From: an uncultured Holophaga sp.
GTDB taxonomy: Bacteria; Acidobacteriota; Holophagae; Holophagales; Holophagaceae
Direction of reading: 5' to 3'
DNA length: 64,000 nucleotides
NCBI GenBank assembly: GCA_963664825.1
Contig: OY761614.1
Coordinates: 3,040,001 to 3,104,000 of the forward strand
A program made the translations under genes and the position numbers. This document shows positions 7,977 to 18,202 of the stretch, in pieces (the stretch's first letter is position 1; each line of letters starts with the position of its first letter). A model generated the notes under the pieces. That model was not told where the DNA came from. It saw only the letters and a list, made by a program, of their open reading frames with translations, and did not search any database.

Positions 7977-9509
7977 TCATGTCATCTCTCCTATCGGGGG
8001 CGGCCCCGTCATGGTTGGAACCCAGTACCCCTTGGCCTTGAGTCCCGCTTCGAGGTGTTCCAAGGCTGAAAACGCCCGCCGAGACGCGATTTGCAACCAT
8101 GTGTGAAGGTCCAAGGTGGCCATGAGCCCGCGAAGGGTTTCTCGACGCCGGGTCTCATCCTTGGATGGTTCCTTTACTGGAGCGCCGTCAGATATTGCAG
8201 GGGTATCAAGCGAACAGGAAGCACCCGCTTCGCGGGCCGCAGCGCCCCTCAGATCGGCCAGAAGCTCCGGTGAAAGGCCGTCCCTGGCCTCGCACCACTC
8301 AGGGGCCTTCCAACGGCTTCTGGCAGCCCCCACGCATTCGAAGACGCGAGGGCTTCGATTCCAGATGCCATCGCGCAGGTAGTCACCTGGAAGGCCTGAC
8401 ACGATCCACTCGCCTGGATGCTCCGGATCGGGAACGTAGCAGGCGATGTCATCGGCCTTGGTGCAGTATTTCAGGGTTTCCTGGATGGCGTCTTCCAAGG
8501 ACATGGCGTTATCGCCCCGGCGTGTCCTGCGGTTGACGGCTTGAACGTGGATGCAGGCGGTGATGGCTTTGGCGCGGTTTTCCATCTGGGGATAGAGGTC
8601 TTCCAGCTCGAACCCGTAGACACGACGCGTAGCCGTTCGCAGGCAGGCCCACCACGCCGCCGCCAAATCGGCTTGGGACACGTACCGCGCCCAGGCCAGC
8701 AAATGGAAATGCGGGTGATGCAATACAACCCCATCCCAGAACGATTTGCGGGTGACCTCAAAGCCACGGAAAGCAGCGAAGACCGTGGCTTTGAAGATGT
8801 CCAATTTGCGAAAGAGGGACCAGGCCAAGAACATGCGTTCCTCTTCCCGCACCTCGCAAACGCTCGACACGATGGAGGGATCTAGCGTTGGTGTGGTGAG
8901 TGTCCAGGCGACAGGCAACACTTTTCCCGCCTCTTTCGTGTCGTACGCCACAGCCCAGAGGCGGCGCCGAACGTGCCGGATTGCCTCGCGAGCCTTTTTC
9001 CTGGAACGCACACTCAGGCGCCGTTGGTAGGCGGGTGCATAACGCATGGAAGCGCCGAAGCCAGATCCGCCCATGCCGAAAAGCCGATCTCCATGGCGGC
9101 CCACCACGCCGTACGGAGTTTGAGCTTCGAGCAGCAGGAGCGCCGCGGAACGCAAGGCCAAGCCTTCCCCTGGTTTGGCCATGATCTCAAGCCCATCGGC
9201 ATCCAGGAGGATCACTTCTCCGGTGTCATCCCGGCTCAAGCGCACCTTTCCGCCCGCGAGGGATTCCGCCAGTGCAGAGGCATAGCGGGATGCTGAGCAG
9301 GCGCGGTACTGAGCTGTGCGAATCGATTCCGTCAATGAGCCGAGGACCTCTCCTGAAGTGGGATCGACCACGAGCGGGCCTTCTGACGTGTCGAGAACGG
9401 CCAGGCCTTCCCATGTCGCAGGACATGGCGAAGCCGGGGTGTCCCGAGCGCCCTTGTGCGGGGAGCCCGAGCCACCTTCCATCGTAAATGTGTGCAAGAT
9501 TGCAGCCAC
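7977..9509 (-). CDS. rep: HUH rolling-circle replication initiator (Rep_1/pC194-like)
   Basis: Motif I WTLTTP, motif II HPHFHLL preceded by FEVT, motif III ETLKYCTK; exact start uncertain. Confidence 0.82.
   Translation of the reverse strand: MAAILHTFTMEGGSGSPHKGARDTPASPCPATWEGLAVLDTSEGPLVVDPTSGEVLGSLTESIRTAQYRACSASRYASALAESLAGGKVRLSRDDTGEVILLDADGLEIMAKPGEGLALRSAALLLLEAQTPYGVVGRHGDRLFGMGGSGFGASMRYAPAYQRRLSVRSRKKAREAIRHVRRRLWAVAYDTKEAGKVLPVAWTLTTPTLDPSIVSSVCEVREEERMFLAWSLFRKLDIFKATVFAAFRGFEVTRKSFWDGVVLHHPHFHLLAWARYVSQADLAAAWWACLRTATRRVYGFELEDLYPQMENRAKAITACIHVQAVNRRTRRGDNAMSLEDAIQETLKYCTKADDIACYVPDPEHPGEWIVSGLPGDYLRDGIWNRSPRVFECVGAARSRWKAPEWCEARDGLSPELLADLRGAAAREAGASCSLDTPAISDGAPVKEPSKDETRRRETLRGLMATLDLHTWLQIASRRAFSALEHLEAGLKAKGYWVPTMTGPPPIGEMT
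8204..8220 (-). other. Candidate double-strand origin nick site TTCCTGTTCGCTTG/ATA
   Basis: CTTGATA core as in pC194/phiX174 origins, preceded by a pyrimidine-rich tract. Confidence 0.5.
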
Positions 9510-9576
9510 GCTTGCGCGAAGACACGCCCCAGGCGAAGCCAGGGCTCAAAGGCCTGAAAGGCGCGTCAGCGTTTGA

Positions 9577-9822
9577 TTAGCGGCGCTGGTAGTAGGGGCC
9601 GGGATCCACCGTGGACCGGCGCCGCTGAGCTTCCAGCCAGCGCGTGATGTCGTCCATGGTGTAGAGCACCCGGCGAGGGCTGATGCGCAGATACTCCGGG
9701 CCTTCGCCCGTCATGCGTAGGCGCTGGAGATAGGCCTTCTTCATGCCCAGGTATTCAGCGGCTTGTTGGGTCGTGAGGAAGGGAGTCTTCACGGGCTCTG
9801 GGGTTTCCTTGCGGGTAGCCAT
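9577..9822 (-). CDS. HTH_17/excisionase-like DNA-binding protein
   Basis: Start refined to 9822 after GGAGG; FLTTQQAAEYLG...GEGPEY...RVLY...I..WL. Confidence 0.85.
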   Translation of the reverse strand: MATRKETPEPVKTPFLTTQQAAEYLGMKKAYLQRLRMTGEGPEYLRISPRRVLYTMDDITRWLEAQRRRSTVDPGPYYQRR

Positions 9823-10299
9823 TGCGGCCTCCAAAGCGCCGGGGTGCGTTGCAGGAACCCCAGCGATTTCACCCTTCCGTCTTGCGAACCGCGCATCCCA
9901 ACCGCACAATAGTTGGACGACGCTGCCGCAAGGCAACGCAAGTGCCGCCCCTCCCCATGGCTGTTTTCGAGGCAGAACCATGTGGAGGGGTTCGTGTATG
10001 TACTCCCAGCGGCGCTGGAAGGTCTTGATGATGTCGGAAGTATCGTTTCGTGGATTTTGGGTGTCAAGCCGTAAGAATAGATATAACTTGACTTGGCTAG
10101 GCTATAGCCTAGCCTGCGATCTGCCTAAATCCTTTGCTTGCCTCCTTTCTCGGCCCGAGCGTGGACCTTTTTGGGGAGGCAGTTCTTTTGCGAGGAGACG
10201 CCGCAGAAGATGACAGGGGGCCCGTTTGGGCTCACCAGGTGGTACGCACCCGTGAAATGAGTCGAAGGGCGGCCCTGTATCTTCGCCGTAGCTGAACGC

Positions 10300-10325
10300 A
10301 AAAGAGCCGCCTTGTGGGCGGCTCT
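10300..10325 (-). terminator. Element-supplied terminator for the tRNA
   Basis: agagccgcc-ttgtg-ggcggctct stem plus T-run on the minus strand just downstream of the tRNA CCA. Confidence 0.65.
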
Positions 10326-10340
10326 AAGTGTTGTATTGAT

Positions 10341-10417
10341 TGGTGGTCCCGGAGCGATTCGAACGCCCGACCCTCAGATTCGTAGTCTGATGCTCTATCC
10401 AGCTGAGCTACGGGACC
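10341..10417 (-). tRNA. tRNA-Arg (anticodon ACG), CCA encoded
   Basis: Reverse complement GGTCCCGTAGCTCAGCTGGATAGAGCATCAGACTACGAATCTGAGGGTCGGGCGTTCGAATCGCTCCGGGACCACCA folds as a cloverleaf. Confidence 0.97.
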
Positions 10418-10794
10418 AAACTCTCTGCCATCGTGTGTCCTTGTGTTCGGCTTGCGTCAAACGCGGATGGGATGGCGACTTCCATGGTGCACCCGTGCAG
10501 CAGGCCGCGCGGGTCCTTCAGTCTATCGGATTCCTTCCCGTTGTCCATCCCCCATCGACAGGGAAGTGATCCGGGGTGCGGGGGAAAAAACCAAATGAGT
10601 GACGTTTTTCTCCTGGCTCTTCCCAGCAAGGGGCTTGACCCAGGTCCTCCTCGGGATCCCTTGTCCACCATGGCAGTCCAAGGCAACTTTGGCGATGCGC
10701 TTGGATAAATCATGTTGATGGGGCTGCGGAGCCAGGGGTACACTCAGATCCAAGAAAAAATGCTGTTGCCTGCCCGCGATCCAAAGGAAGCTCC

Positions 10795-13137
10795 ATGAGC
10801 GAACTGACACGCAAGGAAGTGGTTTTCATCCTCAAGTCGGGGAAAGACTTCCATCGCACCGACTTGAGTGGTCTGGACCTCCGGGGCTTCGATCTGTCCG
10901 AGGCCAACCTTTCCGAGGCCAATCTGGCCGGCGCGGTCCTCAATCAGGCCTCCCTGCGGGGCGCCAATCTCGCGGGCGCGGATCTGCGTTTGGCGAATCT
11001 GGATGAAGCCGATCTCGAGGGCGCCAACCTGAGTCGGGCCAAGCTCGCCGGGGCCAATCTGGCGGGCGTGAACCTCGCCAAGGCCGACCTGAGTCATTTC
11101 GATATCCAGCAGTACGAACCGGCCACCATCCCCAATCTGCGCGGAGCCGTGCTGAGCGGGGCGCTGCTGAGCGGCGTGAACCTGGGCGGCCTGGATTTGA
11201 GCGGGAAGGATCTGCGGGGCGCCAATCTGAGCGGCGCCGATCTGCGTCAGGCCGTGCTTGAGGGGGCCAATCTGGAAGGCGCCAGCCTCTCCCAGGCGAG
11301 CCTTTTGGGGGCGGCCCTGGGCCACGCCAACCTCCTGGGCGCGAACCTGTCTGGGGCCGTGCTAGGGGGCGCCGCACTCAACCGGGCCGATCTCTCCGGG
11401 GCCAATCTCTCGGATGCCGATCTCCATTGGGCCAGCCTTGCGGAGGCCAATCTCGAAGGGGCCAATCTCAGTCGCGCCAATCTGAAGGGCGCTAATTTGA
11501 GCGGCGCCAATCTGGTGGGCGCCGATCTGCGCTACCTGGACATCCTCCAGTACGACAAGAACGATATCCCCAACCTGGCGGGAGCCAATCTCTCCGGCAC
11601 CAATCTCTCTGGCACCAATCTGCGGGGGATCGACCTCAGTCGCTCCAATCTGAGCAAGGCCGATCTCAGCACGGCGGTGCTGCGGCACGCCAGCCTCGAG
11701 GGCGCCAATCTTTCCGAGGCCAATCTCAAGGGGGCCGATCTCACGGGCACCAATCTCAGTGGCGCGGTGCTCTCGGGCGCCAATCTGAGCGGTGCGCTCC
11801 TGAGCGGCGCCGTGCTGAGTGCTGCGGATTTGCGCGGTGCCGATCTCACAGGCGCCGATCTCAGTGAGATCAATCTCAGCGGCGCCAATCTCTCCGACGC
11901 AATTCTCTCCGGAGCCAGTCTTTCCGGCGCGCTCCTGGATGGCGCCGTGCTGGCGGGAGCGGTGCTGGTGGGCGCCAACCTCAAGCGGGTAGATTTCTCC
12001 GAGAAGAATCTGCGGGGGGCGAACCTGGGGAATGCCGATCTCTCCCAGGCCAACCTGGATGGTGCCGATCTGGCCAGCGCGGTCTTCTGCGGGGCCAATC
12101 TCTCCGAGACCCATCTCGGCGGAGCCAACCTCCACCTCTCCCGGCTCACGGGCAATGATCTCCGCAGCGCGAATCTCTGCGGGGCCAATCTCAGTGAGGC
12201 CGATCTCAGCAGCGCGAACCTCGAAGGCGTCATCCTCAGCGCCAACTTGCAGGGCGCCAACCTCACAGGGGCCAGCCTCCGCGGGGCCAGTCTGGACCGG
12301 GCCATGCTCGCTGGCGTCAACCTCAGCGGCACGGACCTCACGGGCTTCATCCTCGAGGGCATGGACCTCAATCATGCGGTGCTCGACGGGGCCAATCTGA
12401 ACGGGGCCAATCTGCGCAGCGCCATTCTCCGGGAGGCCCGGGCCGTGGGCGCCGATCTCAGCCTCTGCAACCTCTCCTCGGCCGATCTCAGTGGCAGCGA
12501 GTTGCGTGGTTCGAATCTCTTCAGCGCCAATCTCGAGGGCGCCAACCTGAGAGGGGCCAAGCTGGCCTCCCTGCCCACGGAATCCTGGGGCGAGTATCGC
12601 ACCAATCTCAGCAAGGCCAATCTCCGCGGCGCCGATCTCACAGGAGCCGATCTCTACCAGGCCAACCTGAACGAGGCGAATTTCGTCAATGCCGATCTCA
12701 GCAACGCCAACATGGTGTGGGCGGATCTGCGGGGCGTCGATCTCCGCCAGACCAATCTCACCGAGACGAACCTCAAGGAGGCCAATCTCGATGGGGCCAA
12801 TCTCTGCGGCGCCGATCTCCGGGAGACCATCCTGCGGGACGCCTACCTGGATGGCGCCAATCTCTCCGGGGCCAATCTCAGCGGCACGAACCTGTCCGGC
12901 GCCGATCTGCGGCACACAAACCTCATCGATGCGGCCATGGATGGTGCGAACCTCTCGGATGCCAATCTGAGCGGCGCGAACCTGGTGTGGACCAACCTCT
13001 CAGGGGCCAATCTCAATCGCGCGAACATGAGCCATGCCAAGCTCAGTGGCGCCAATTTGGGAGGGGCCGATCTCCGGGAGGCCAATCTCACGGACGCCAA
13101 TCTGGATAGCACCAATCTCGCGGGCGCCAAGCGCTAA
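10795..13137 (+). CDS. Very long pentapeptide-repeat protein
   Basis: 780 aa almost entirely A(N/D)LSG-type repeats. Confidence 0.93.
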   Translation: MSELTRKEVVFILKSGKDFHRTDLSGLDLRGFDLSEANLSEANLAGAVLNQASLRGANLAGADLRLANLDEADLEGANLSRAKLAGANLAGVNLAKADLSHFDIQQYEPATIPNLRGAVLSGALLSGVNLGGLDLSGKDLRGANLSGADLRQAVLEGANLEGASLSQASLLGAALGHANLLGANLSGAVLGGAALNRADLSGANLSDADLHWASLAEANLEGANLSRANLKGANLSGANLVGADLRYLDILQYDKNDIPNLAGANLSGTNLSGTNLRGIDLSRSNLSKADLSTAVLRHASLEGANLSEANLKGADLTGTNLSGAVLSGANLSGALLSGAVLSAADLRGADLTGADLSEINLSGANLSDAILSGASLSGALLDGAVLAGAVLVGANLKRVDFSEKNLRGANLGNADLSQANLDGADLASAVFCGANLSETHLGGANLHLSRLTGNDLRSANLCGANLSEADLSSANLEGVILSANLQGANLTGASLRGASLDRAMLAGVNLSGTDLTGFILEGMDLNHAVLDGANLNGANLRSAILREARAVGADLSLCNLSSADLSGSELRGSNLFSANLEGANLRGAKLASLPTESWGEYRTNLSKANLRGADLTGADLYQANLNEANFVNADLSNANMVWADLRGVDLRQTNLTETNLKEANLDGANLCGADLRETILRDAYLDGANLSGANLSGTNLSGADLRHTNLIDAAMDGANLSDANLSGANLVWTNLSGANLNRANMSHAKLSGANLGGADLREANLTDANLDSTNLAGAKR

Positions 13138-13148
13138 AGGGATCCCAG

Positions 13149-13184
13149 AACGACGAAGCCCCCGGTGCCGGGGGCTTCGTCGTT
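13149..13184. terminator. Hairpin terminator between convergent genes
   Basis: Perfect inverted repeat aacgacgaagcccccgg-tg-ccgggggcttcgtcgtt. Confidence 0.8.
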
Positions 13185-13206
13185 TATAGCTTAGTTCCCC
13201 GTTCGT

Positions 13207-13746
13207 TCAGGGTTTCTTGTCGAAGGGCTTGGCGTAGGGGAATTCACTGCCCGAGGGCATGTTGTTGACGGGCGCAAGCCCTGGCCGCTCGAGGGGGCGA
13301 TGCTCGTCGAGTTTGCCCTTGCCCGCGGTGGTAGTGGGACTGGGGGCAGGGAGGGTCTCCTTGGTGGCCCCGCGGCGGGTGCAGGTGCCCAGCAGGGTGC
13401 CGCCTTCGTCGACCACGAGGGCGCCGACTTCGACTTCGCCTTCCACCCAGCCCGTGCCGTGGATTTCCAGGCACTCCTCGATCTTGAAGATACCTTCCAC
13501 GCGTCCTGTGACGATCAAGTGCTTGGCGTGAATGGTGCCGTTGATGACGCCCGAAGGGGCGACGGTCACTTCACCCTCGCAGTGCACGGTGCCTTCGATG
13601 GTCCCCTCCACCCTCAGGCTATTGGGGCCGGTGTGGATCTCGCCCTTCCAGAGCGTGCCCTTGCCCAGGAGCGTGTGAATGGCCTGGGCCGAGGCCGGGA
13701 TCTTCTTGGTCCCATTTGCATTCGCACTTGGGTTGAATACCGACAT
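13207..13746 (-). CDS. Bactofilin (polymer-forming cytoskeletal protein)
   Basis: TLLGKGT.WKGEI...LRVEGTIEGTV...TVAPSGVING.I...V.G.VEG; start refined to 13746. Confidence 0.9.
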   Translation of the reverse strand: MSVFNPSANANGTKKIPASAQAIHTLLGKGTLWKGEIHTGPNSLRVEGTIEGTVHCEGEVTVAPSGVINGTIHAKHLIVTGRVEGIFKIEECLEIHGTGWVEGEVEVGALVVDEGGTLLGTCTRRGATKETLPAPSPTTTAGKGKLDEHRPLERPGLAPVNNMPSGSEFPYAKPFDKKP

Positions 13747-13760
13747 GGGGATACCTCGTT

Positions 13761-14714
13761 TCACCTGATGGAGGACAGCCACTCCCGCTGGAGGTGCAAG
13801 TAGGGCTGGGGGTTCACGGGGCGACCATTGCGGCGCACTTCGTAATGAAGGTGCACGCCGGTGGCGTTTCCAGAACGTCCCATGGCTCCCAGGATATCGC
13901 CTCGCTGCACCTTCTGTCCCGGCTTTACCTCCACGCGCGACATGTGGGCATAGAGGGTCTCCACTTCGGGCGAGTGGCGGACGATGACTCCCCAGCCATA
14001 GCGATCCATCCATCCGGCGGATTCGACGACGCCATCGGCCGTGGTCTGGATGGGTGTGCCCAGGGCGTTGGTGATATCAAATCCGCTGTGGTAGCCCAGG
14101 AGGCCGTCTCCCGCCTCATTGGCCCGGGAAAAGGGGCTGATCCGGACCCCGAAGCCGGAACTGAGATAGCCCGCCGTCGGGGGGATGGAGGGCGTATGGT
14201 TCCAGCGGAGCACCAACGGTTCCATGCGGGCGCGGATCACCTGGGCCATGGCACTGGAATGTTCGAGATCTGCCCGCAGACGGCTCAGCTTGGCGCCGTC
14301 CGTGGGGGGCAGGGCCATGCCTTCTTTGGTGGGGGGCGGGATGAGATTGGGACCGGGGGTCTTGGCGTTGATCAGCGAGAAGAGATCGAGGACCTGTTTG
14401 CGGAGGGTGACGATCTCGCCCTCCAGGCCCTGGGCCTGATTGAGGCTTTCCCGGAGTTGCCGCTCCTGCTCGGTGGTCTCCCGTTGGAGATGGGAGAAGT
14501 TCATGATTTTTTTCGTGGCCCAGAATCCGTAGGCCGACCCGATCATAGCCACGGTCCAGACGCCCAGCACGATGCAGGCCGTCCGCACCAGCATCTTGCG
14601 GGCCATGGTCCAGCGGAAGGTACGGTGACTGAAGACGACCATCACCGTGAAGAACTGCTCCTGGTCCGGTCGGCTGAGTCGAAGGCCTCTGCGCGGGGGC
14701 GGTGGACTGGTCAT
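13761..14714 (-). CDS. M23 family peptidase with TM helix and coiled coil
   Basis: HSGFD, YAHMS, TGVHLHYEVR, VNP motifs. Confidence 0.92.
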   Translation of the reverse strand: MTSPPPPRRGLRLSRPDQEQFFTVMVVFSHRTFRWTMARKMLVRTACIVLGVWTVAMIGSAYGFWATKKIMNFSHLQRETTEQERQLRESLNQAQGLEGEIVTLRKQVLDLFSLINAKTPGPNLIPPPTKEGMALPPTDGAKLSRLRADLEHSSAMAQVIRARMEPLVLRWNHTPSIPPTAGYLSSGFGVRISPFSRANEAGDGLLGYHSGFDITNALGTPIQTTADGVVESAGWMDRYGWGVIVRHSPEVETLYAHMSRVEVKPGQKVQRGDILGAMGRSGNATGVHLHYEVRRNGRPVNPQPYLHLQREWLSSIR

Positions 14715-14765
14715 GACTCCAAACTACGTGGGATGGAGCCCCCTGTCGACGCCGATTTTTTCATG

Positions 14766-15668
14766 TTACGTGAGACGGCGCGCCAGGAGCCATTCCGCCA
14801 GATGCCCTAGGAAAAAGATCGGACCCACCAGGCTGTTCAATGTGAAGAAGGCGTGATCGATGCGATCCAGGTTGCCTCCCCGGAGGACCCCGTGCTCCCG
14901 GACCAGGATGAGGGCTACCCCCAGCCAGGCCACCCAGGGCAGGAGATGGCAGCCCAACAGGAGGTTGAAGACCGCCCAGGAAGCCAGGGCGACCAGATGG
15001 AAGGCCCTCGACACCCAGAGGGCCCTGGCCGTGCCCAGTCGCGCCGGGATGGAGCACAATTCATGGGCCCGATCGAAACCCTCGTCCTGGAGGGCGTAGA
15101 GCACATCGAAGCCCGCCGTCCAGGTCAGGACGCCCAGGGCCAGGTACCAGGCCGGGGGATCCAGCTGTCCGGCCACGGCGATCCAGCCTCCCAGGGGGGC
15201 TCCCGCCAGGGCCAAGCCCAGTACCGCGTGGGAGAGGCTCGTGAAACGCTTGCAGAGGGAGTAGCCCAGGATGATCAGGAGGGCCAGGGGCGCCAGCTCC
15301 CAGGGCAGGGGGCCCAGCATGCCCGCCGCGAAGCCGAAGAGGGCGACGGAGGCCCCCAGCAGCAGCATGGCTCCGGTGCGGCTCACCCGAGCCGCGGGCA
15401 ACGCGCGGTCGCAGGTCCTGGGGTTGGCGGCATCCAGATCGGCGTCCACGAGGCGGTTGAAGGTCATCGCAGCGGTGCGTGCGCCCACCATGGCGGCCAG
15501 CACCCAGCCCAGGGTGCGCCATCCGGGGGGCACCGGGGAGGCTGATATCACCCCCAGGAACGCGAAGGGCAGCGCGAACACCGTGTGCTCGAACTTGATC
15601 ATGTCGAGGAGTTCGCGGGTTTGTTTGAAATAACTCAAGGCACGCACCTGTCCCGGATGGGTGAACAA
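14766..15668 (-). CDS. UbiA-family prenyltransferase
   Basis: KFEHTVFALPF, NRLVDADLDAANPRT, FDVLYALQD; multiple TM helices. Confidence 0.9.
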   Translation of the reverse strand: MFTHPGQVRALSYFKQTRELLDMIKFEHTVFALPFAFLGVISASPVPPGWRTLGWVLAAMVGARTAAMTFNRLVDADLDAANPRTCDRALPAARVSRTGAMLLLGASVALFGFAAGMLGPLPWELAPLALLIILGYSLCKRFTSLSHAVLGLALAGAPLGGWIAVAGQLDPPAWYLALGVLTWTAGFDVLYALQDEGFDRAHELCSIPARLGTARALWVSRAFHLVALASWAVFNLLLGCHLLPWVAWLGVALILVREHGVLRGGNLDRIDHAFFTLNSLVGPIFFLGHLAEWLLARRLT

Positions 15669-15829
15669 GCCTCAGGGCCTTGGCCGCTCCTGGGGGCGGC
15701 TTTCAATGTACCGCAGGTCCTCCGCTTATCCAGCATGGACATGCTCTGGGCGAGGGGGATGCCCGGCGGGAATGAAACTCTGCCCAGACGCCATTGGGCT
15801 CACGCTGAAATCAGGAACCAGCCCGAGGC

Positions 15830-16210
15830 CTAGAATAAATCCCCCAGGCAGGCGGCGATCTTGGCGGCCAGATCGTCGGGGGAGAAGGGCTTCACGAGGT
15901 AGTTGGCGGCCCCGCCGTGGATGAAGTCCAGGATGCGGGTGCGCTCGGATTCCGTGGTCAGCATCATCACGGGGATGGACTGGAAACGGGGGTCCTCCTT
16001 GATGGCCCGCAGGGTTTCGGCGCCGTCCATCTCGGGCATGTTCACATCCAGCACGACCAGGGCGATTTCGGAATACTGCTGCTCCAGCACGGCCAGGGCC
16101 TCCACCCCGTTGGAGGCCTCTGCGGTCTCCATGCCGAGGGTCGTGGCCACGCGCCCCACAATGCGCCTCATGGTGGCCGAATCATCCACGGATAGGATCT
16201 TGGTGGCCAT
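15830..16210 (-). CDS. cheY: CheY-like single-domain response regulator
   Basis: ILSVDDS, LDVNMPEMDG, LTT, YLVKPF; start refined to 16210. Confidence 0.88.
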   Translation of the reverse strand: MATKILSVDDSATMRRIVGRVATTLGMETAEASNGVEALAVLEQQYSEIALVVLDVNMPEMDGAETLRAIKEDPRFQSIPVMMLTTESERTRILDFIHGGAANYLVKPFSPDDLAAKIAACLGDLF

Positions 16211-16218
16211 GGGTCCTC

Positions 16219-17067
16219 CTAGCCGATCCGGCTGCGATAGTAGGTGCCAGCGCCATGGGAGCGGGGTTCGAAGAGATCTGGGGAATTCTGGAGATTCTCC
16301 ACTGCGCTCGTGAAGAAGTAGCCCCCCTGGCTCGTCAGCTTGGCGATTCCCTCGAAGATCTTGCGTCTGAAGGCATCCGAGAAGTAGATCGTCACGTACC
16401 TGCAGAAGACGATATCGAAGTGCCCCAGGGGTTCCAGCGGATCCTGCAGATTGAACTTGTGCAGGGTGACCATCTTCTTCACCGCATCCTCCAGCACCCA
16501 GACCTGGCCTTCCTGCCTGAAGTAGCGGGTTCGGAGCGCGTCGGGCATGCCTCGCCCCAGGGCGGCGGCATCGTAGCGGGCCGCGCGGGCCAGGAAGAGG
16601 GCGGAAGGGGAAATGTCCGAGGCCATGATTTCGAATTGATCGGGCCGCAGACCGGGATGCTCCCGGCATAATTCCTGGATGGTGATGGCGATGGAGTAGG
16701 GCTCCTGCCCCGTGGAACTGGCCGCCGACCAGATGCGGATGCGGAAGCGCTGGCCCGCCAGGAGGCAGGCGGCGAATTCCGGCAACAGGACCTCCCGCAG
16801 GATCTGGAAGGGGTGGCCGTCGCGGAACCAGAGGGTCTCGTTGGTGGTCATGGCATCCACAATCTTGTCCCGCAGGGCCGTGCCCGTCTCGCTGGCGGCC
16901 ATGCGGTAGAAGGCGCCGTAGTCCGCGGAGCCCGTCTCCGCCAGCAATCCCGCCAGGCGCGTCTCGATGAGGTAGGCCTTCTCCTCCCCCAGCAGGATGC
17001 CGCAGGACTTCTCGATGTAGTCCCGCATGAACCGGAATTCGGTGGGCTGAATGGTCTCCGTCCCCAT
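16219..17067 (-). CDS. cheR: Chemotaxis methyltransferase CheR
   Basis: TTNETLWFRD, IWSAASSTGQEPYS, FDIVFCRYV. Confidence 0.95.
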   Translation of the reverse strand: MGTETIQPTEFRFMRDYIEKSCGILLGEEKAYLIETRLAGLLAETGSADYGAFYRMAASETGTALRDKIVDAMTTNETLWFRDGHPFQILREVLLPEFAACLLAGQRFRIRIWSAASSTGQEPYSIAITIQELCREHPGLRPDQFEIMASDISPSALFLARAARYDAAALGRGMPDALRTRYFRQEGQVWVLEDAVKKMVTLHKFNLQDPLEPLGHFDIVFCRYVTIYFSDAFRRKIFEGIAKLTSQGGYFFTSAVENLQNSPDLFEPRSHGAGTYYRSRIG

Positions 17068-17068
17068 G

Positions 17069-18193
17069 TCACCTTCCTCTCCAGGCCAGTTGGTTCACGC
17101 GGAACGCGAGCTGCGCCAGGGGCACGCGCTCGTCGGAGAGGCCCGCCTCGTCCACCGCCAGCGGCATGCCGTAGACCACGCAGCTCTCCGCGCTCTGGGT
17201 GAGGCAATGGCATCCTCGGCGCTTCATGGCGCGCACTCCCTCGCATCCATCGTTGCCCATCCCCGTCATGACCAGCGACAGGATGCCTCCCTGGTACTGG
17301 GCGGCGATGGAGCGGAAGAGGACATCCACCGAAGGACGGCAGCTGTTTTCCGGCGGGTTTTCGTTGAGCCCCACGATCATGGCCTCGGCATCGTCGGCGG
17401 CGCCGGGGCGCCTGCGGACGACCATGTGCCTGCCCCCGGGAGCGATGTAGATCCGACCGGGTTGGATGGCCTCGCCTTCCACGGCCTCGCAGACCCGCAG
17501 CTTGGAGCGCTTATCCAGATGCTCGGCCAGGGAGGCCGTGAAGCCCGGCGGCATGTGCTGGACCAGGAGCACGGGCATGGGGAAGTCCGCGGGCAGTTCC
17601 GGAATGAAATCGCCCAGCGCATTGGGGCCGCCAGTGGAAACCCCCACCCCTAGGACCTCGAAGCGCGCCGGATGAGGCGTCGGGCGGGGGGGCGGGAGGA
17701 CGGGAGGCGGAGCCTGGCTGGGCAGCGAGGCGGCCCTGGCGTTGGCATCCGGAGGCGCCAGGGGCTCCGAGCGGAGATTGCGTCGGGTGCGCACATGGCG
17801 AAACAGGGGCTTCAGGGCTTCCTTGAGTTCCTGGCTGCTGGATTCCGGATCATGGCCTTCGGGCTTCCGGATGAAATCCAGGGCGCCGTCGGCCAGGGCC
17901 CTGATGGTGGCATCGGCGGCCCGGGCGCTCTGGCCGCTGATCATCACGACCGAGACCTCCGGGTGCCGTTGACGGATGTGCTTGAGGGTTTCCAGGCCAT
18001 CCATCTCGGGCATCTCGAGATCCAGCAGCACCAGGTCCATGGGGCCCTGTTCCAGGCGGGCCAGGGCCAGCCGCCCATGGGGAGCCGTGGCCACCACCTC
18101 CGCGTCGCCGATGCTCTCGATGACATCCGAGAGAATGCGGCGATAGGTCACGGTGTCATCGACGACCATCACGCGAAGGGGGGCCAGGCTCAT
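17069..18193 (-). CDS. cheB: Chemotaxis methylesterase CheB (REC + esterase)
   Basis: STGGPNAL, VQHMP, RPSVDVLF, MTGMGNDG, VYGMP. Confidence 0.95.
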   Translation of the reverse strand: MSLAPLRVMVVDDTVTYRRILSDVIESIGDAEVVATAPHGRLALARLEQGPMDLVLLDLEMPEMDGLETLKHIRQRHPEVSVVMISGQSARAADATIRALADGALDFIRKPEGHDPESSSQELKEALKPLFRHVRTRRNLRSEPLAPPDANARAASLPSQAPPPVLPPPRPTPHPARFEVLGVGVSTGGPNALGDFIPELPADFPMPVLLVQHMPPGFTASLAEHLDKRSKLRVCEAVEGEAIQPGRIYIAPGGRHMVVRRRPGAADDAEAMIVGLNENPPENSCRPSVDVLFRSIAAQYQGGILSLVMTGMGNDGCEGVRAMKRRGCHCLTQSAESCVVYGMPLAVDEAGLSDERVPLAQLAFRVNQLAWRGR

Positions 18194-18202
18194 GGGTTCG
18201 GC

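Larger units (their letters stand above)
482..10389. mobile_element. tRNA-Arg-integrated element with tyrosine integrase, rolling-circle Rep, toxin-antitoxin pair and IetAS-like cargo
   Basis: Flanking 51-bp direct repeat of the tRNA 3' end; integrase at one end, HTH/Xis and Rep at the other; AT-rich cargo. Confidence 0.92.

Noticed and set aside
10744..13130. Long repetitive minus-strand ORFs, and a possible CRISPR-like periodicity
   Set aside because: Shadows of the 15-nt pentapeptide codon periodicity; no repeat-spacer structure
13207..14714. M23 peptidase-bactofilin pair as a novel system
   Set aside because: Well-known cell-shape module (e.g. Helicobacter csd1/ccmA)
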